64,000 nt of DNA from Nitrospirales bacterium (GTDB lineage: Bacteria > Nitrospirota > Nitrospiria > Nitrospirales > UBA8639): assembly GCA_965203295.1 (NCBI GenBank), contig CBDBCZ010000019.1, positions 1,120,001 through 1,184,000 on the forward strand, given 5' to 3'. Below the pieces are notes generated by a model, which saw only the letters and a program-made list of their open reading frames with translations, did no database searches and was not told the origin of the DNA. Within the stretch, counting starts at the first letter, position 1; each line of letters starts with the position of its first letter. The position numbers and the translations under genes were made by a program. This document shows positions 1 through 9,424 of the stretch, in pieces.

Positions 1-591
1 ATTTCCGCTTTGGATGACAATCATCTTAACCCGATCTGTGTAGGGATTCGGTACAAGGGTGCCGATGGGAGATTGACTTTTCCAAATATAATTGAGGGCA
101 CCAATTGGTGGATATTGCCCATAGATGAGCTTGATTAACTCAAACTTCGCTTTCTCGAAGAAGCCCACCCGACTGCTGTCATATTCAAATGTAATGTAAA
201 TGCGGGCTGGATAGTCGTCTCCATCTTTACTGGTCACATCTCCATTTTTCAAAATGTTTTCAACCTTCCAACTCCACTCCACGACAGGATATTCCTTGGG
301 ATCTATGAGAATTTCACGGGTCAGGCCGGAGGACGACTGATTGCTAACGGCTTTCACAACTACGGTTTGGCTATTCTTCACGAGCGTGTAGTCGGTATGG
401 GTTTCAATCTTTTCGAAAGTCAGCGGTTTCCAGCCTTCTGGAAAATCCCCTCCAGGTTCAGCATCAGAAAATTTCCCAACTTCTAGGATCGGAGGAGTAT
501 TGGAGAACCCCGCAGGGGTTATGAGAAAAAGAGCGAAAAGGGTTGTGAGAATAAAAGCTCTTTTTTTGAATGAGGGGCGTGCTCTGTCCAT
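1..591 (-). CDS. DUF3047 domain periplasmic protein (3' end runs off window)
   Basis: Not in the ORF track. Manual translation from ATG 591 gives MDRARPSFKKRAFILTTL... (signal peptide) ...WSWKVEN...DGDDYPARIYITF...ALNYIWES...NPYTDRVKMIVIQSGN, open to base 1. Confidence 0.85.
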   Translation of the reverse strand, partial: MDRARPSFKKRAFILTTLFALFLITPAGFSNTPPILEVGKFSDAEPGGDFPEGWKPLTFEKIETHTDYTLVKNSQTVVVKAVSNQSSSGLTREILIDPKEYPVVEWSWKVENILKNGDVTSKDGDDYPARIYITFEYDSSRVGFFEKAKFELIKLIYGQYPPIGALNYIWKSQSPIGTLVPNPYTDRVKMIVIQSGN

Positions 592-614
592 AGCTTATCC
601 TTTATTCTTCTTCA

Positions 615-2165
615 TCACATCCATTGAAACAATTTCTTTAGAATACGTTTTTTCCTTTCAGTTAGCGTTGTCTTCCGCCAAGCATTGGCGACCTTCTTCA
701 CGACTTCAGCTTGAGTCGGGTAGGGATGAATGGTTCTGGCAATCGTTCCGAGCCCTAACCCCCCCTTCATCGCCACTGTGAATTCACTGATCATATCTCC
801 TGCATGGGCTGCCACAATTGTCGCTCCGACTATCGTATCAGTACCTTTTTTGACATGAACTCGCGCGAATCCGTCGTCTTCGTCATCCAGTATGGCACGA
901 TCGACTTCATCGAGTTTAAAGGTGAACGTGTCGACCTCAATCCCTTTCTTGCGAGCATCAGCTTCATACAGGCCGACGTGGGCGATTTCTGGCTCCGTAT
1001 ACGTACACCATGGAATGATGAGAGAGTCAGTGCTGGCATAACCGAGACCAAAGGGGTGCGGAAAGAGCGAATTCTGAATCACGATTTGGGCCATCGCGTC
1101 TGCCGTATGCGTAAACTTAAAAGGGAAGCAAATGTCGCCAGCAGCGAAGATCTTGGGATTGGTTGTCTGAAGTCGGCTGTTCACTTTCACGCCAGACTTG
1201 GTGTCATAGTCCACGCCGACTGTCTCTAGTCCGAGTCCCTCAACATTGGGGGCTCGACCGATTCCAACCAGGATTTCGTCGACAGGCAATTCCATCTTCT
1301 GGCCATTCATCGTGTAATGGATCACTTTCACATCACCTCGAGCCTCAACGCGTGAGATGTTAGAGTTAAAGACGAAGCAGACTCCGTCATTGGCCATTTG
1401 AGCTTGGACAATCTCCGCTGCGTCAGCATCCTCTCGTGGCAGAATGTGTTCCGTCCGCTCAAACAAACAGACTTGGCTTCCAAATCGGGCAAAGGATTGC
1501 GCTATCTCGCATCCGATCGGACCCGCGCCGATCACCGCTAATCGTGATGGGAGTTGGGTAAGAGAAAAAATCGTTTCGTTAGTGAGGTAGCCTGTTTCTT
1601 CCAATCCCGGAATAGGGGGAGCTGCGGCCCGTGCTCCCGTGCAAATAACTGCCTTGGCATAATTCAGAGTTTTGCCATCGACATGGATGGTATGGGAACC
1701 GGTAAATTGACCTTCGCCAATAAACACATCTACACCTAACTGGGTATAGCGCTTGGCAGAATCCACGTGGCTGATCCGTGCCCGAAGTTTTCGCATGCGG
1801 GCCATGGCCGCTTCGAAATCGGTTTTGATCCCCTCCGGAATGTAGAGACCAAATTGATCAGCGTTGCGAACCTCAGCCCAGACTCGTGATGCTCGAATGA
1901 CTCCTTTGGAAGGAACGCATCCGACATTGAGGCAATCGCCGCCCATCAGATGCTGCTCAATTAAGGCAACCTTTGCGCCCAAGGCAGCAGCAACAGCCGC
2001 TGTGACCAGCCCGGCTGTGCCTGCACCAATCACAACAAGGTGATAGCGGCCTTTCGGATCCGGATTTATCCAGTCAGGCGGATGAACATTGTTGACCAGT
2101 TCCTTGTTGAATTGGTCCATGGGAGGGACTAAGAAGGGGATCGGGGATTCAGTGAGCGTGGTCAT
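615..2165 (-). CDS. MerA-like pyridine nucleotide-disulfide oxidoreductase
   Basis: GAGTAG FAD motif, redox CLNVGC, GAGPIG NAD(P) motif, IHPYPT. GGAGA RBS before ATG 2165. No C-terminal Cys pair. Confidence 0.9.
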   Translation of the reverse strand: MTTLTESPIPFLVPPMDQFNKELVNNVHPPDWINPDPKGRYHLVVIGAGTAGLVTAAVAAALGAKVALIEQHLMGGDCLNVGCVPSKGVIRASRVWAEVRNADQFGLYIPEGIKTDFEAAMARMRKLRARISHVDSAKRYTQLGVDVFIGEGQFTGSHTIHVDGKTLNYAKAVICTGARAAAPPIPGLEETGYLTNETIFSLTQLPSRLAVIGAGPIGCEIAQSFARFGSQVCLFERTEHILPREDADAAEIVQAQMANDGVCFVFNSNISRVEARGDVKVIHYTMNGQKMELPVDEILVGIGRAPNVEGLGLETVGVDYDTKSGVKVNSRLQTTNPKIFAAGDICFPFKFTHTADAMAQIVIQNSLFPHPFGLGYASTDSLIIPWCTYTEPEIAHVGLYEADARKKGIEVDTFTFKLDEVDRAILDDEDDGFARVHVKKGTDTIVGATIVAAHAGDMISEFTVAMKGGLGLGTIARTIHPYPTQAEVVKKVANAWRKTTLTERKKRILKKLFQWM

Positions 2166-2251
2166 GTATTCTCCCTGAGTGTTTGTGGCCAAGGGAATTC
2201 GGTTGTATTCGCTATTCATAGTGTCGCATAGGGAGCGCAACGGGTCCACCA

Positions 2252-2971
2252 TTAACCTTCTTTTCGGCTCGTAAACTTTCGGTAGATAATAGGCATCACA
2301 GCCAATAGTCCTAGAAGGGTAAAGGCTAAAAGAACAGGTGGAGAAGCGATCTCACCTAGCGAATTGATCGTGCCGAGTTGACGGCCTGCGTAGGCGAAGA
2401 CAAAACTTCCTGGAATAATGCCAAGGGAAGTTGCGGCCACATACATACCAAGATTGATACGAGTCAGGCCCGAGACGAGGTTGACCAGGAAAAAAGGAAA
2501 TGCGGGAATGAGGCGCAAAGTCATAAGATAACTGAAAGCGTTTTTCGCAAATCCTGCTTGGATTGGATCCAGACGGTCACCAAATTTGTTCTCGACCCAA
2601 TCTCGAAGGAGATATCTGGCAGCCAAAAAGACTAGGGTAGCTCCGGTCGTGGCACCTAGATTCACGAACAGGGTTCCCAAGAAGCTTCCAAAGAGGAATC
2701 CCCCGGCTAGAGTAAAGATCGCGCCAACTGGGAGAGAAAAAGCGGTTTGAATGACATACAGGGAAATATAGATAACAACCGCTGTGCCGAAGTTCGAATC
2801 CGTATAAGCCAACAGTTGATCCCGATTGGCTTTTAAGCTCTCCAGCGACAGGTACTGTCCAAGATCAAAATAGAAGAAAGCCCCAATAGCTAAAGCGAAC
2901 GTCAAGGCTAGCAAGATTTTTCCGGTGAAACCTGATGGACCTTTAGCCGGAGCGTTTGACGTCGTGGTCAT
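2252..2971 (-). CDS. TVP38/TMEM64 (DedA/SNARE-associated) membrane protein
   Basis: LRLIPAFPFFLVN motif, several TM segments. GGAGA RBS before ATG 2971 (2998 is an alternative start). Confidence 0.9.
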   Translation of the reverse strand: MTTTSNAPAKGPSGFTGKILLALTFALAIGAFFYFDLGQYLSLESLKANRDQLLAYTDSNFGTAVVIYISLYVIQTAFSLPVGAIFTLAGGFLFGSFLGTLFVNLGATTGATLVFLAARYLLRDWVENKFGDRLDPIQAGFAKNAFSYLMTLRLIPAFPFFLVNLVSGLTRINLGMYVAATSLGIIPGSFVFAYAGRQLGTINSLGEIASPPVLLAFTLLGLLAVMPIIYRKFTSRKEG

Positions 2972-3251
2972 AGTGTTCTCCAACGATTGAACCTGCATAG
3001 AAGGATTCCTTTCAAACTTACCATACTCTAAGGCTCTTTGCTGAGCCATTGTGAACTCTATTTGAGGGTACAGTCTCACAAGGTAAGCCGATTGTTACAG
3101 TGTCTGGAAAGTCAATGAAAAGAGTATAAAATGAACAGGATATAAATTTGGTCAATTGTCACCCGCCTTCGCGCTCGCCGAGGAGGAATGCTTCGGGGGT
3201 TCCGTGCGACGACGCCAAATCTGTGGAGCTCCACCAAATATCAAACAAACA

Positions 3252-4010
3252 ATGAAATCATCACACTGGTTTAAATTGGTTCTTCTTGTGGCCCTTGTGT
3301 TTGGGGGGTACGTCGCGATCCAAATTGAGGATTTTGAGAAGGTGCTGGATCCTCAACGGATAGTGGTATTCCTTCAATCAATGGGAATACTGGCTCCGTT
3401 GGTGTTCATAGGGATGATGGCCACGGCTGTGGTGATCAGCCTCATAACCAGCCTTCCTCTGGATTTAGCCGCTGGTGCGGTCTTTGGTCCCTTTCTGGGG
3501 ACGCTGTATACAGTCATCGGAGCTGAAATAGGCGCCATCGTGAGTTTCTTGATCGGGAGAGCATTGGGCTGTGAAATGATCACGAAACTCCTTCGGGTGA
3601 ATGTTGTCTTTTGTCAAAAATGTACAGACCATCAATTAATGGTGGTCGTCGCGCTAGCCCGTCTGTTCCCAGTTTTTTCGTTTGATCTTGTCAGCTACGG
3701 GGCAGGATTAACTAATATGTCACTCAAAGTGTTTGCTCTAGCCACGCTCATCGGAATGATTCCCCCGACCTTTGCCCTCAAGTATTTGGGTGAGAGTATC
3801 ACGACGATGCAATGGCCAATTATCCTCGCCGGGTTAGCTCTCGTCGGGGTGTTCCTCTTCCTTCCGAAATGGATCCTCAAAAACCAATCAGCTTGGTGGG
3901 TTCGGCTTATGAAAAGAGAATCGCTATCAGAATCAGGGGAGAAACCTCAGCCCATCCTACCAACCCAGCTTTCAGCAACTGAGTGCGAGTTTTGTGGCGG
4001 TCCGAAGTAA
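3252..4010 (+). CDS. TVP38/TMEM64 membrane protein with two CxxC motifs
   Basis: ARLFPVFSFDLVSYGAG DedA motif; FCQKC and C-terminal CEFC. Confidence 0.85.
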   Translation: MKSSHWFKLVLLVALVFGGYVAIQIEDFEKVLDPQRIVVFLQSMGILAPLVFIGMMATAVVISLITSLPLDLAAGAVFGPFLGTLYTVIGAEIGAIVSFLIGRALGCEMITKLLRVNVVFCQKCTDHQLMVVVALARLFPVFSFDLVSYGAGLTNMSLKVFALATLIGMIPPTFALKYLGESITTMQWPIILAGLALVGVFLFLPKWILKNQSAWWVRLMKRESLSESGEKPQPILPTQLSATECEFCGGPK

Positions 4011-4083
4011 ATGGACAGTCTTTACCTCTAGCCGCACTTCTTTGGCCATCGTGTTCAACTGGAATTAGGAGATGATTGAATCG

Positions 4084-4671
4084 TCAAGTTGAATGCGAGG
4101 TAGCCTTGTCCACGAGAACTTCTGCCGTTCTTTTCGCGATTTGTGCGGCCTCAGGTTTTTCCGAGACCTGTGCAGTCACGATCGCCCCTTCGAGCAAAAG
4201 TGCAATTTCCTCAGCCAGTTTTTCTGGGTCTCGAGCCTCGGTTTTTCTGCAGAGTTCTCGAATATACCCTCTCATCAGTCGCTTGTATTCGACGCAGACT
4301 TGTCGAGTCGAATCATCTTTTTCGGAATATTCTCCTGTCACATTGATAAACATGCATCCATAGAAATTCTTTTTTTTGAACCATTTCTCAGCCACATCAA
4401 AAATAGCGAGAAGACGTGTTTTGGGCGTCCGCGCCAGCATTTCAACTTGCCTCATGAACTCATTGCGAAACTCATCACCATAAGAGTGTAGGGCTACGAG
4501 AATGAGTTCATCTTTCGAGCGGAAGTGCGAATAGAGGGTCTTCTTCGTCACACCAGACTGTTCCACGATGGTGTCAATTCCGGTGGCATAAAACCCATTT
4601 CTCGCGAATAAATCGATCGCGGTTTTGATGAGTTGTTCTCTTCTCGAGGAGGAACCGACTTTTCTAACCAT
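4084..4671 (-). CDS. TetR/AcrR family transcriptional regulator
   Basis: N-terminal HTH GVTKKTLYSHFRSKDEL; GCMFIN motif in the C-terminal domain. Confidence 0.95.
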   Translation of the reverse strand: MVRKVGSSSRREQLIKTAIDLFARNGFYATGIDTIVEQSGVTKKTLYSHFRSKDELILVALHSYGDEFRNEFMRQVEMLARTPKTRLLAIFDVAEKWFKKKNFYGCMFINVTGEYSEKDDSTRQVCVEYKRLMRGYIRELCRKTEARDPEKLAEEIALLLEGAIVTAQVSEKPEAAQIAKRTAEVLVDKATSHST

Positions 4672-4677
4672 AGATAT

Positions 4678-4691
4678 ATACAGAACTGTTT
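4678..4691. promoter_or_regulatory. Putative TetR operator, imperfect copy (ATACAGAACTGTTT)
   Basis: 12/14 match to the perfect palindrome at 4859; lies immediately upstream of the tetR ATG. Confidence 0.6.
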
Positions 4692-4858
4692 ATTGCATGA
4701 TCATTCACATTATTACCAATCCAATAAGAAAGATTTCAGCTAAAATACTAAAACAACTCACTTTTAACAATATTAAATTGCTTTTCATTAATATCAAAAA
4801 AAATATTGGATCGCGTGTAACAAAATGAATTCTCGTGCGACTACGCAGTCATAACAAG

Positions 4859-4872
4859 ATACAGATCTGTAT
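4859..4872. promoter_or_regulatory. Putative TetR operator, perfect palindrome ATACAGATCTGTAT
   Basis: 14-bp perfect palindrome ~45 nt upstream of the YHS gene, in the divergent intergenic region. Confidence 0.7.
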
Positions 4873-4916
4873 GCATCGTCACAATAACCTAATAGCTTGA
4901 GTAAAGGAGATCCATC

Positions 4917-5369
4917 ATGAAAATCATCAAAACATTGTTGCCGGCCTTGGCAGTGTTAATCGCTGTAGTGGCAACCCTAGCATTAGCACAAGCTTACGCC
5001 CATAGTACCCCGGGGATCAGTGGCTATGACCTTGTGGCCTACTTCACCGAAGGTAAACCGGTGAAGGGTAACGGGTATAACGTCGTTGACTTCCGCGGTG
5101 TGACCTATGCCTTTGCCAGTGAAGAAAACAAGGAAATGTTCGAAGCCAACCCTGAAAAGTACGTCCCTGCCTATGGCGGGTGGTGTGCCTACGGTGTAGC
5201 CGTCGGGAAAAAGTTCGTGGCAGATCCAGAAGTGTGGAAGATCGTTAAAGGAAAACTTTACCTGAACTTAGATCGGAATATTCAGGCCAAGTGGAATGAG
5301 GATATTCCAGGTCATATCACAACAGCAGATGCGAATTGGACAGAAATCTTGGACAAAGCCCCATCTTGA
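4917..5369 (+). CDS. YHS domain-containing secreted protein
   Basis: Signal peptide; GYDLVAYF, FASEENKEMFEANPEKYVPAYGGWCAYG, ADPEVWKIVKGKLYLN motifs; AAGGAG RBS. Confidence 0.9.
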   Translation: MKIIKTLLPALAVLIAVVATLALAQAYAHSTPGISGYDLVAYFTEGKPVKGNGYNVVDFRGVTYAFASEENKEMFEANPEKYVPAYGGWCAYGVAVGKKFVADPEVWKIVKGKLYLNLDRNIQAKWNEDIPGHITTADANWTEILDKAPS

Positions 5370-5402
5370 ACTGTGAGTGAACAAAGTATAAATGAGCCAG
5401 GG

Positions 5403-5438
5403 AAAAGCCCGTGGGGATAAATCTCACGGGTTTTTTTC
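5403..5438 (+). terminator. Rho-independent terminator after YHS gene
   Basis: AAAAGCCCGTGGGGA-TAAA-TCTCACGGG followed by a T run. Confidence 0.8.
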
Positions 5439-5478
5439 TGACTGTCAAAGGCTACAAGGCAACAAGGAGAAGCGAATC

Positions 5479-5883
5479 ATGTTGAACAGCAGAAAAATAA
5501 CCATCGCGTTTGGCTCAATATTTATTCTCATCGGGCTGCTCGGGTTTATTCCCAACCCGCGCGTCTTCGAGAATGGGATCTTTGAGGTCAACGCCATGCA
5601 TAATCTTGTGCACCTTCTCACCGGAGCAGCGTTTTTATTCGGAAGAGTGATTTTGAATGGGAAAGAGGACGTGACTTTAAAAACCGTGACCGCGGTCTAC
5701 TTCGGTGTCGCGCTGTTAGGACTGATCACCAGTGGCAATATGCTTTTGGGTTTAGTCCACATTAATGAGGCCGACCGGTGGTTACATTTGGGTCTGGCTA
5801 TTGCCATGCTCGTAGCAACCCTCAGTAGCACCCGATCCAACTGGCACAACGAAATGGGACATATTGCAAGAGGGATGAGATGA
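5479..5883 (+). CDS. DUF4383 family membrane protein
   Basis: GLLGFIPNP, FEVNAMHNLVHLLTG, INEADRWLHLGL; AAGGAG RBS. Confidence 0.85.
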   Translation: MLNSRKITIAFGSIFILIGLLGFIPNPRVFENGIFEVNAMHNLVHLLTGAAFLFGRVILNGKEDVTLKTVTAVYFGVALLGLITSGNMLLGLVHINEADRWLHLGLAIAMLVATLSSTRSNWHNEMGHIARGMR

Positions 5884-6088
5884 CGATTTCATCCTGTATT
5901 TCGCAAATATAGTGATTGAAGCGGCTTAAGGAAAAAGAGTAGAAAAAATTGAGTCTGATCTTATTTCTTCGTGTTTCGTGTGATGGTGCGGTATGAGTAT
6001 TTGTATAATATAATAAGCTGTTTCGTTGATGTTGATACTGAGAATTGAGTGATAAAAAGGTCTCAGGAATTTAACGGATACTAATGAT

Positions 6089-6688
6089 ATGATCAGATTC
6101 ATGAAGGAAGCCCTGCAAACAGGATAGTTCATAGTTACCTGCGGAGTACTTTTGACCGCCTGTGCGGGGGTGGACAAGAAAGATTTGATGGAAGACAAAG
6201 GCGCAGAGACTACGGCGTTTGGATTGATCAAGGTTCAGGTATCTGGACCGACTTCACGAGGGTTTCCAACACATCTCCGATTTTTTCATGTAGTGAACCT
6301 CAACACACAGGAACGCATTCGGGTAGATGTCAAATCAGCTGCCAATCCTTTTGTGCTCAACTTGGCTCCTGGAGACTATGAAATTGTTCGGGTCTAGTTC
6401 AATGAAGGTCCTATGAGGACGGAATCGCATGTGAGCTTGCAATTTCAAATTCAGCCGAACAGAACGACCTACCTCGGGATTTGGCAGTTTGACGTGGATA
6501 CACCCTGCACCCAGCGGATGCTTCGCATGGATTTTGTTGATGAGCAACCCAATCGGGAAGAGATTTCTATGATGCATCCATCTCATAAGGGAGAAACGAT
6601 AGTGGTCTCTCTCCCCGAGTCTCAGAATGACAAAGTGAGACTCTACATCATTCTGCCTTACCCGAAAATTAGTTTTTACTGGCGGTAA
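6089..6688 (+). pseudogene. Lipoprotein of unknown function, two in-frame TAG stops
   Basis: One frame from ATG 6089/6101 to TAA 6688 with TAG at 6125-6127 and 6395-6397; lipobox LLTAC. Confidence 0.75.
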
Positions 6689-6714
6689 TAATGAAAATGA
6701 CTCGTATCAAGAAG

Positions 6715-6753
6715 TCGAGTCTGACCCTAATTTCTCCTGATTTTTTAATTTCT
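6715..6753 (+). repeat. REP-like terminal motif TCGAGTCTGACCC plus micro-duplications
   Basis: Inverted near-copy of 7989-8009 (GAAATAGGGTCAGAGACTCGA). Confidence 0.7.
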
Positions 6754-6896
6754 ATATACAGACCTTAACGCCGGAGGGTTTGGCTAAGTATGCACTCGGG
6801 CTTATTCCAAAAGAACTATGTAGTCCTTTTGGGTGAATGCAATCGAAAAATAACTGTTCCAGATCAAGTGTTTTTAATTGGAGACGAGGCTAAGAA

Positions 6897-7478
6897 ATGT
6901 CAAAAAACTTGAAGGTGCTCATTGGAGAAAGAGACCTTAGATTTAATGCCTGTTTAGATCAGTGGACCTCTTTAGCCGATGCTCACCCGGATGGATTTAA
7001 ACGTGCTGCTGAAATCCTTCTTGAATACTTTTTGCGTAATATTGAGTCTGCTGCCAATGAGCGTGATACCTTGATCTTCCCTATATTATTTTTATTTCGT
7101 CACTACCTTGAAATTAGGTTTAAAGAAATAATTTCTAACGCAAAGCGCCTGCTAGGTGAATCTGGTGAATTGCAATCGGGGCATGATCTGCAGATACTTT
7201 GGAAAATGTGTTTAGCAGTTTGCAACGAAATTTATGATTCAGGAATTGAGGATTATGATATGGTAGAACTTATTAATAAAACTGTTCACGACCTCAGCCA
7301 ACTTGATCCTACTTCCCAAAGCTTTCGATATCCCACTGATCTAAAAGGAAATTTCCCTTTTGGACAAGAAGTAATTAGTCTTAGAATTCTGAATGCTATT
7401 TTTAAAAGGGCGGTGGTTTTTCTCGAAAATATAAGCACTGATTTATCGATTATGAACGATAACCTGAAGTATCAATAG
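6897..7478 (+). CDS. AT-rich hypothetical protein, HEPN-like helical family
   Basis: Intact 193-aa ORF with PILFLFRHYLE..K, GHDL..LW and DP.SQSFRYP motifs; GGAG RBS. The HEPN assignment is from recalled motif similarity only. Confidence 0.55.
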   Translation: MSKNLKVLIGERDLRFNACLDQWTSLADAHPDGFKRAAEILLEYFLRNIESAANERDTLIFPILFLFRHYLEIRFKEIISNAKRLLGESGELQSGHDLQILWKMCLAVCNEIYDSGIEDYDMVELINKTVHDLSQLDPTSQSFRYPTDLKGNFPFGQEVISLRILNAIFKRAVVFLENISTDLSIMNDNLKYQ

Positions 7479-7533
7479 TAAGCCCTTTTGACCATTTTAG
7501 TGGGGGCTGAGGTTTTAAGAAATATTGCTTGCC

Positions 7534-7988
7534 ATGAATTACGACAAACTTGAAATCTCCTATAGAGTAACTCAGATTCAGCGGGTGCTTAAATGGATTA
7601 AAAAGGTTGAAAAGGGAACAACGGCACTTCCGGGTAGAGTTGTCCCCGAGGATGAAGATTTAGTAATTGGCTTCGGTAGAAGAATTGAGGGTGTGGCCGT
7701 TATGTTCCTTGATATTAGCGACTTCTCAGGTAGGCCAGCCTGGTCTGCTTCAGATCAGGAGTCCTTAGAAAGTACTAAACCTGTTTTTTACAGAAATGGT
7801 TAAAATTGCAGAGGATTACGGAGGAACTGTTGAGAAAAATACCGGCGACGGGCTTATGGCATATTTTGAGGATGGAAGAGGCACCCTGCCAGAATGTGGA
7901 GTTAAGCGTGCAGTTTCATGTGCGCTTTCAATGATGGATGCAGCCGAAAATTTAATAAATCCGGTGCTTTTAAGATCCGGTCTACAGG
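7534..7988 (+). pseudogene. Class III adenylate/guanylate-type nucleotide cyclase, frameshifted and 3'-truncated
   Basis: VMFLDISDFS and GGTVEKNTGDGLMAYF carry the two metal-binding Asp motifs in different frames (shift ~7765). Similarity ends at the GGGTCAGA motif. Confidence 0.8.
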
Positions 7989-8009
7989 GAAATAGGGTCA
8001 GAGACTCGA
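7989..8009 (-). repeat. REP-like terminal motif downstream of Y1 transposase remnant
   Basis: Reverse complement TCGAGTCTCTGACCCTATTTC versus TCGAGTCTGACCCTAATTTC at 6715. Confidence 0.7.
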
Positions 8010-8303
8010 ATTACTGCGATGCAGTTCAAGACCAGCCACGTGGTAGAAGTGTAGAGCACCGATCGATTTTCCGAATCAGCCACCCTTAAACCGCTTAATT
8101 CCTAAGATTTTCGGCTTATTGGTCGCCTCGCGAATGCCCTTCAGCGTCTTTCCACTATCATGATGACGAAACAATTCGCGATAGGCTTTCTGGCGTTCCG
8201 TCGCCGTACGCCCCCAACCTTGATATAAGGGATGTGGTGTGAGCAACGCATCGCTCTGCCTTCGGCATGAAAGTGATAGCTCTAGCAAGAATAATCCTTC
8301 GGT
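8010..8303 (-). pseudogene. 3' remnant of REP-associated Y1 tyrosine transposase (RAYT-like)
   Basis: PKDYSC*SYHFHAEG (degraded PxDYxWSSY), then LLTPHPLYQGWGRTATERQKAYRELF...IREATNK. Confidence 0.75.
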
Positions 8304-8569
8304 TAGAGAGACACTGTTGGTGTGATAGTTTGTTCCGTTGATGCCAACATTTCTGATCCATGCTTATGCTTGTGTGTAGACTTAGAAAAGTCGTCAAGAA
8401 AAAAGATGGCTTCAGAAGAAGTAACCAAACCAAAAGATTTGATAATTACCCAAGAAAAACTTTACAGTGTCTTAGTTATTCATAGAGAAACATTACATCT
8501 TCCTTTTAGTGTTTGGCGTCACAAGTCTTCAGTCTACCCTTTTATTTTTCACTACTTCCAAAGGTGAGT

Positions 8570-9424
8570 ATGAATGCCATTGCTTCCCACTCTGCTCTCA
8601 CTCGTCGATTTATGATCGGGATGCTCGTTTCGTGTCTTCTGTGCTTTCCAGCCGTGCTGAGCGCTGAGCATGTTTCTGACGTTCATCAGGGCACGATCAA
8701 ACGCGTGCTGAAAACTCATACGTTACGTGTTGGCGTGTCGTTGTTTACTCCGTGGACTCTGAAGAACAAGAAGGGTGAATTGGTGGGTTTCGAGATCGAT
8801 GTTGCCAATCAGTTGGCGAAAGACCTTGGCGTGGGAGTGGAATTGAAAATCTTTGATTGGAAAGACATCATTCCTGCCCTGCTGAAAGATGAGATTGATA
8901 TCATTGTGGGTGGGATGACGATTACCCCCCAACGGGCATTGCAGGTCAGTTTCAGCCAGCCTTATGCCGATTCTGGTGTGGGATTAGCCACAAATACTAA
9001 GCTGACGAAAGACTTTACCGGGCTCCAGGATCTCAATCGACCCACGGTCAACATTGCAGCGATTTCAAAGACCGTGTCGGAAGACGTGGCTCGTCGAGTT
9101 TTTCCCAAAGCCAAGCTCATACTCTATTTGAGCAGTCAGGATGCGATTGATACTTTACTAGAAGGACAGGTTCATGGATATGTTGAACACAATCCTATTC
9201 TGACTTTTCTTGAGATCGATCATCCTCAGAAAATCGACACACCGTTATCCCGTCCGTTGCTCCGTACCCTTGCTGGTCTTGCCGTCAATACTGGGAATCC
9301 AGATTTTATTAATTTCCTGAATGCTTGGATCACAGCTCATAAGGCGGATGGGTGGCTAGATTCAGCTCATGAATATTGGTTTGAATCGGTCGATTGGCGA
9401 TCAGAAATCGGCAGAGATAAATGA
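8570..9424 (+). CDS. Polar amino-acid ABC transporter substrate-binding protein (SBP family 3)
   Basis: LVGFEIDVA, WKDIIPAL, GGMTITPQRA, FSQPY motifs; signal peptide. Confidence 0.9.
   Translation: MNAIASHSALTRRFMIGMLVSCLLCFPAVLSAEHVSDVHQGTIKRVLKTHTLRVGVSLFTPWTLKNKKGELVGFEIDVANQLAKDLGVGVELKIFDWKDIIPALLKDEIDIIVGGMTITPQRALQVSFSQPYADSGVGLATNTKLTKDFTGLQDLNRPTVNIAAISKTVSEDVARRVFPKAKLILYLSSQDAIDTLLEGQVHGYVEHNPILTFLEIDHPQKIDTPLSRPLLRTLAGLAVNTGNPDFINFLNAWITAHKADGWLDSAHEYWFESVDWRSEIGRDK

Noticed and set aside
615..2165. True mercuric reductase (merA) / mer operon
   Set aside because: No C-terminal Cys-Cys pair, no N-terminal metal-binding domain, no merR/T/P nearby.
3160..3225. GC-rich GCCTTCGC...GCTTCGG stretch as a REP-like repeat
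   Set aside because: Single, very degenerate occurrence with no clean stem; unsupported within this window.
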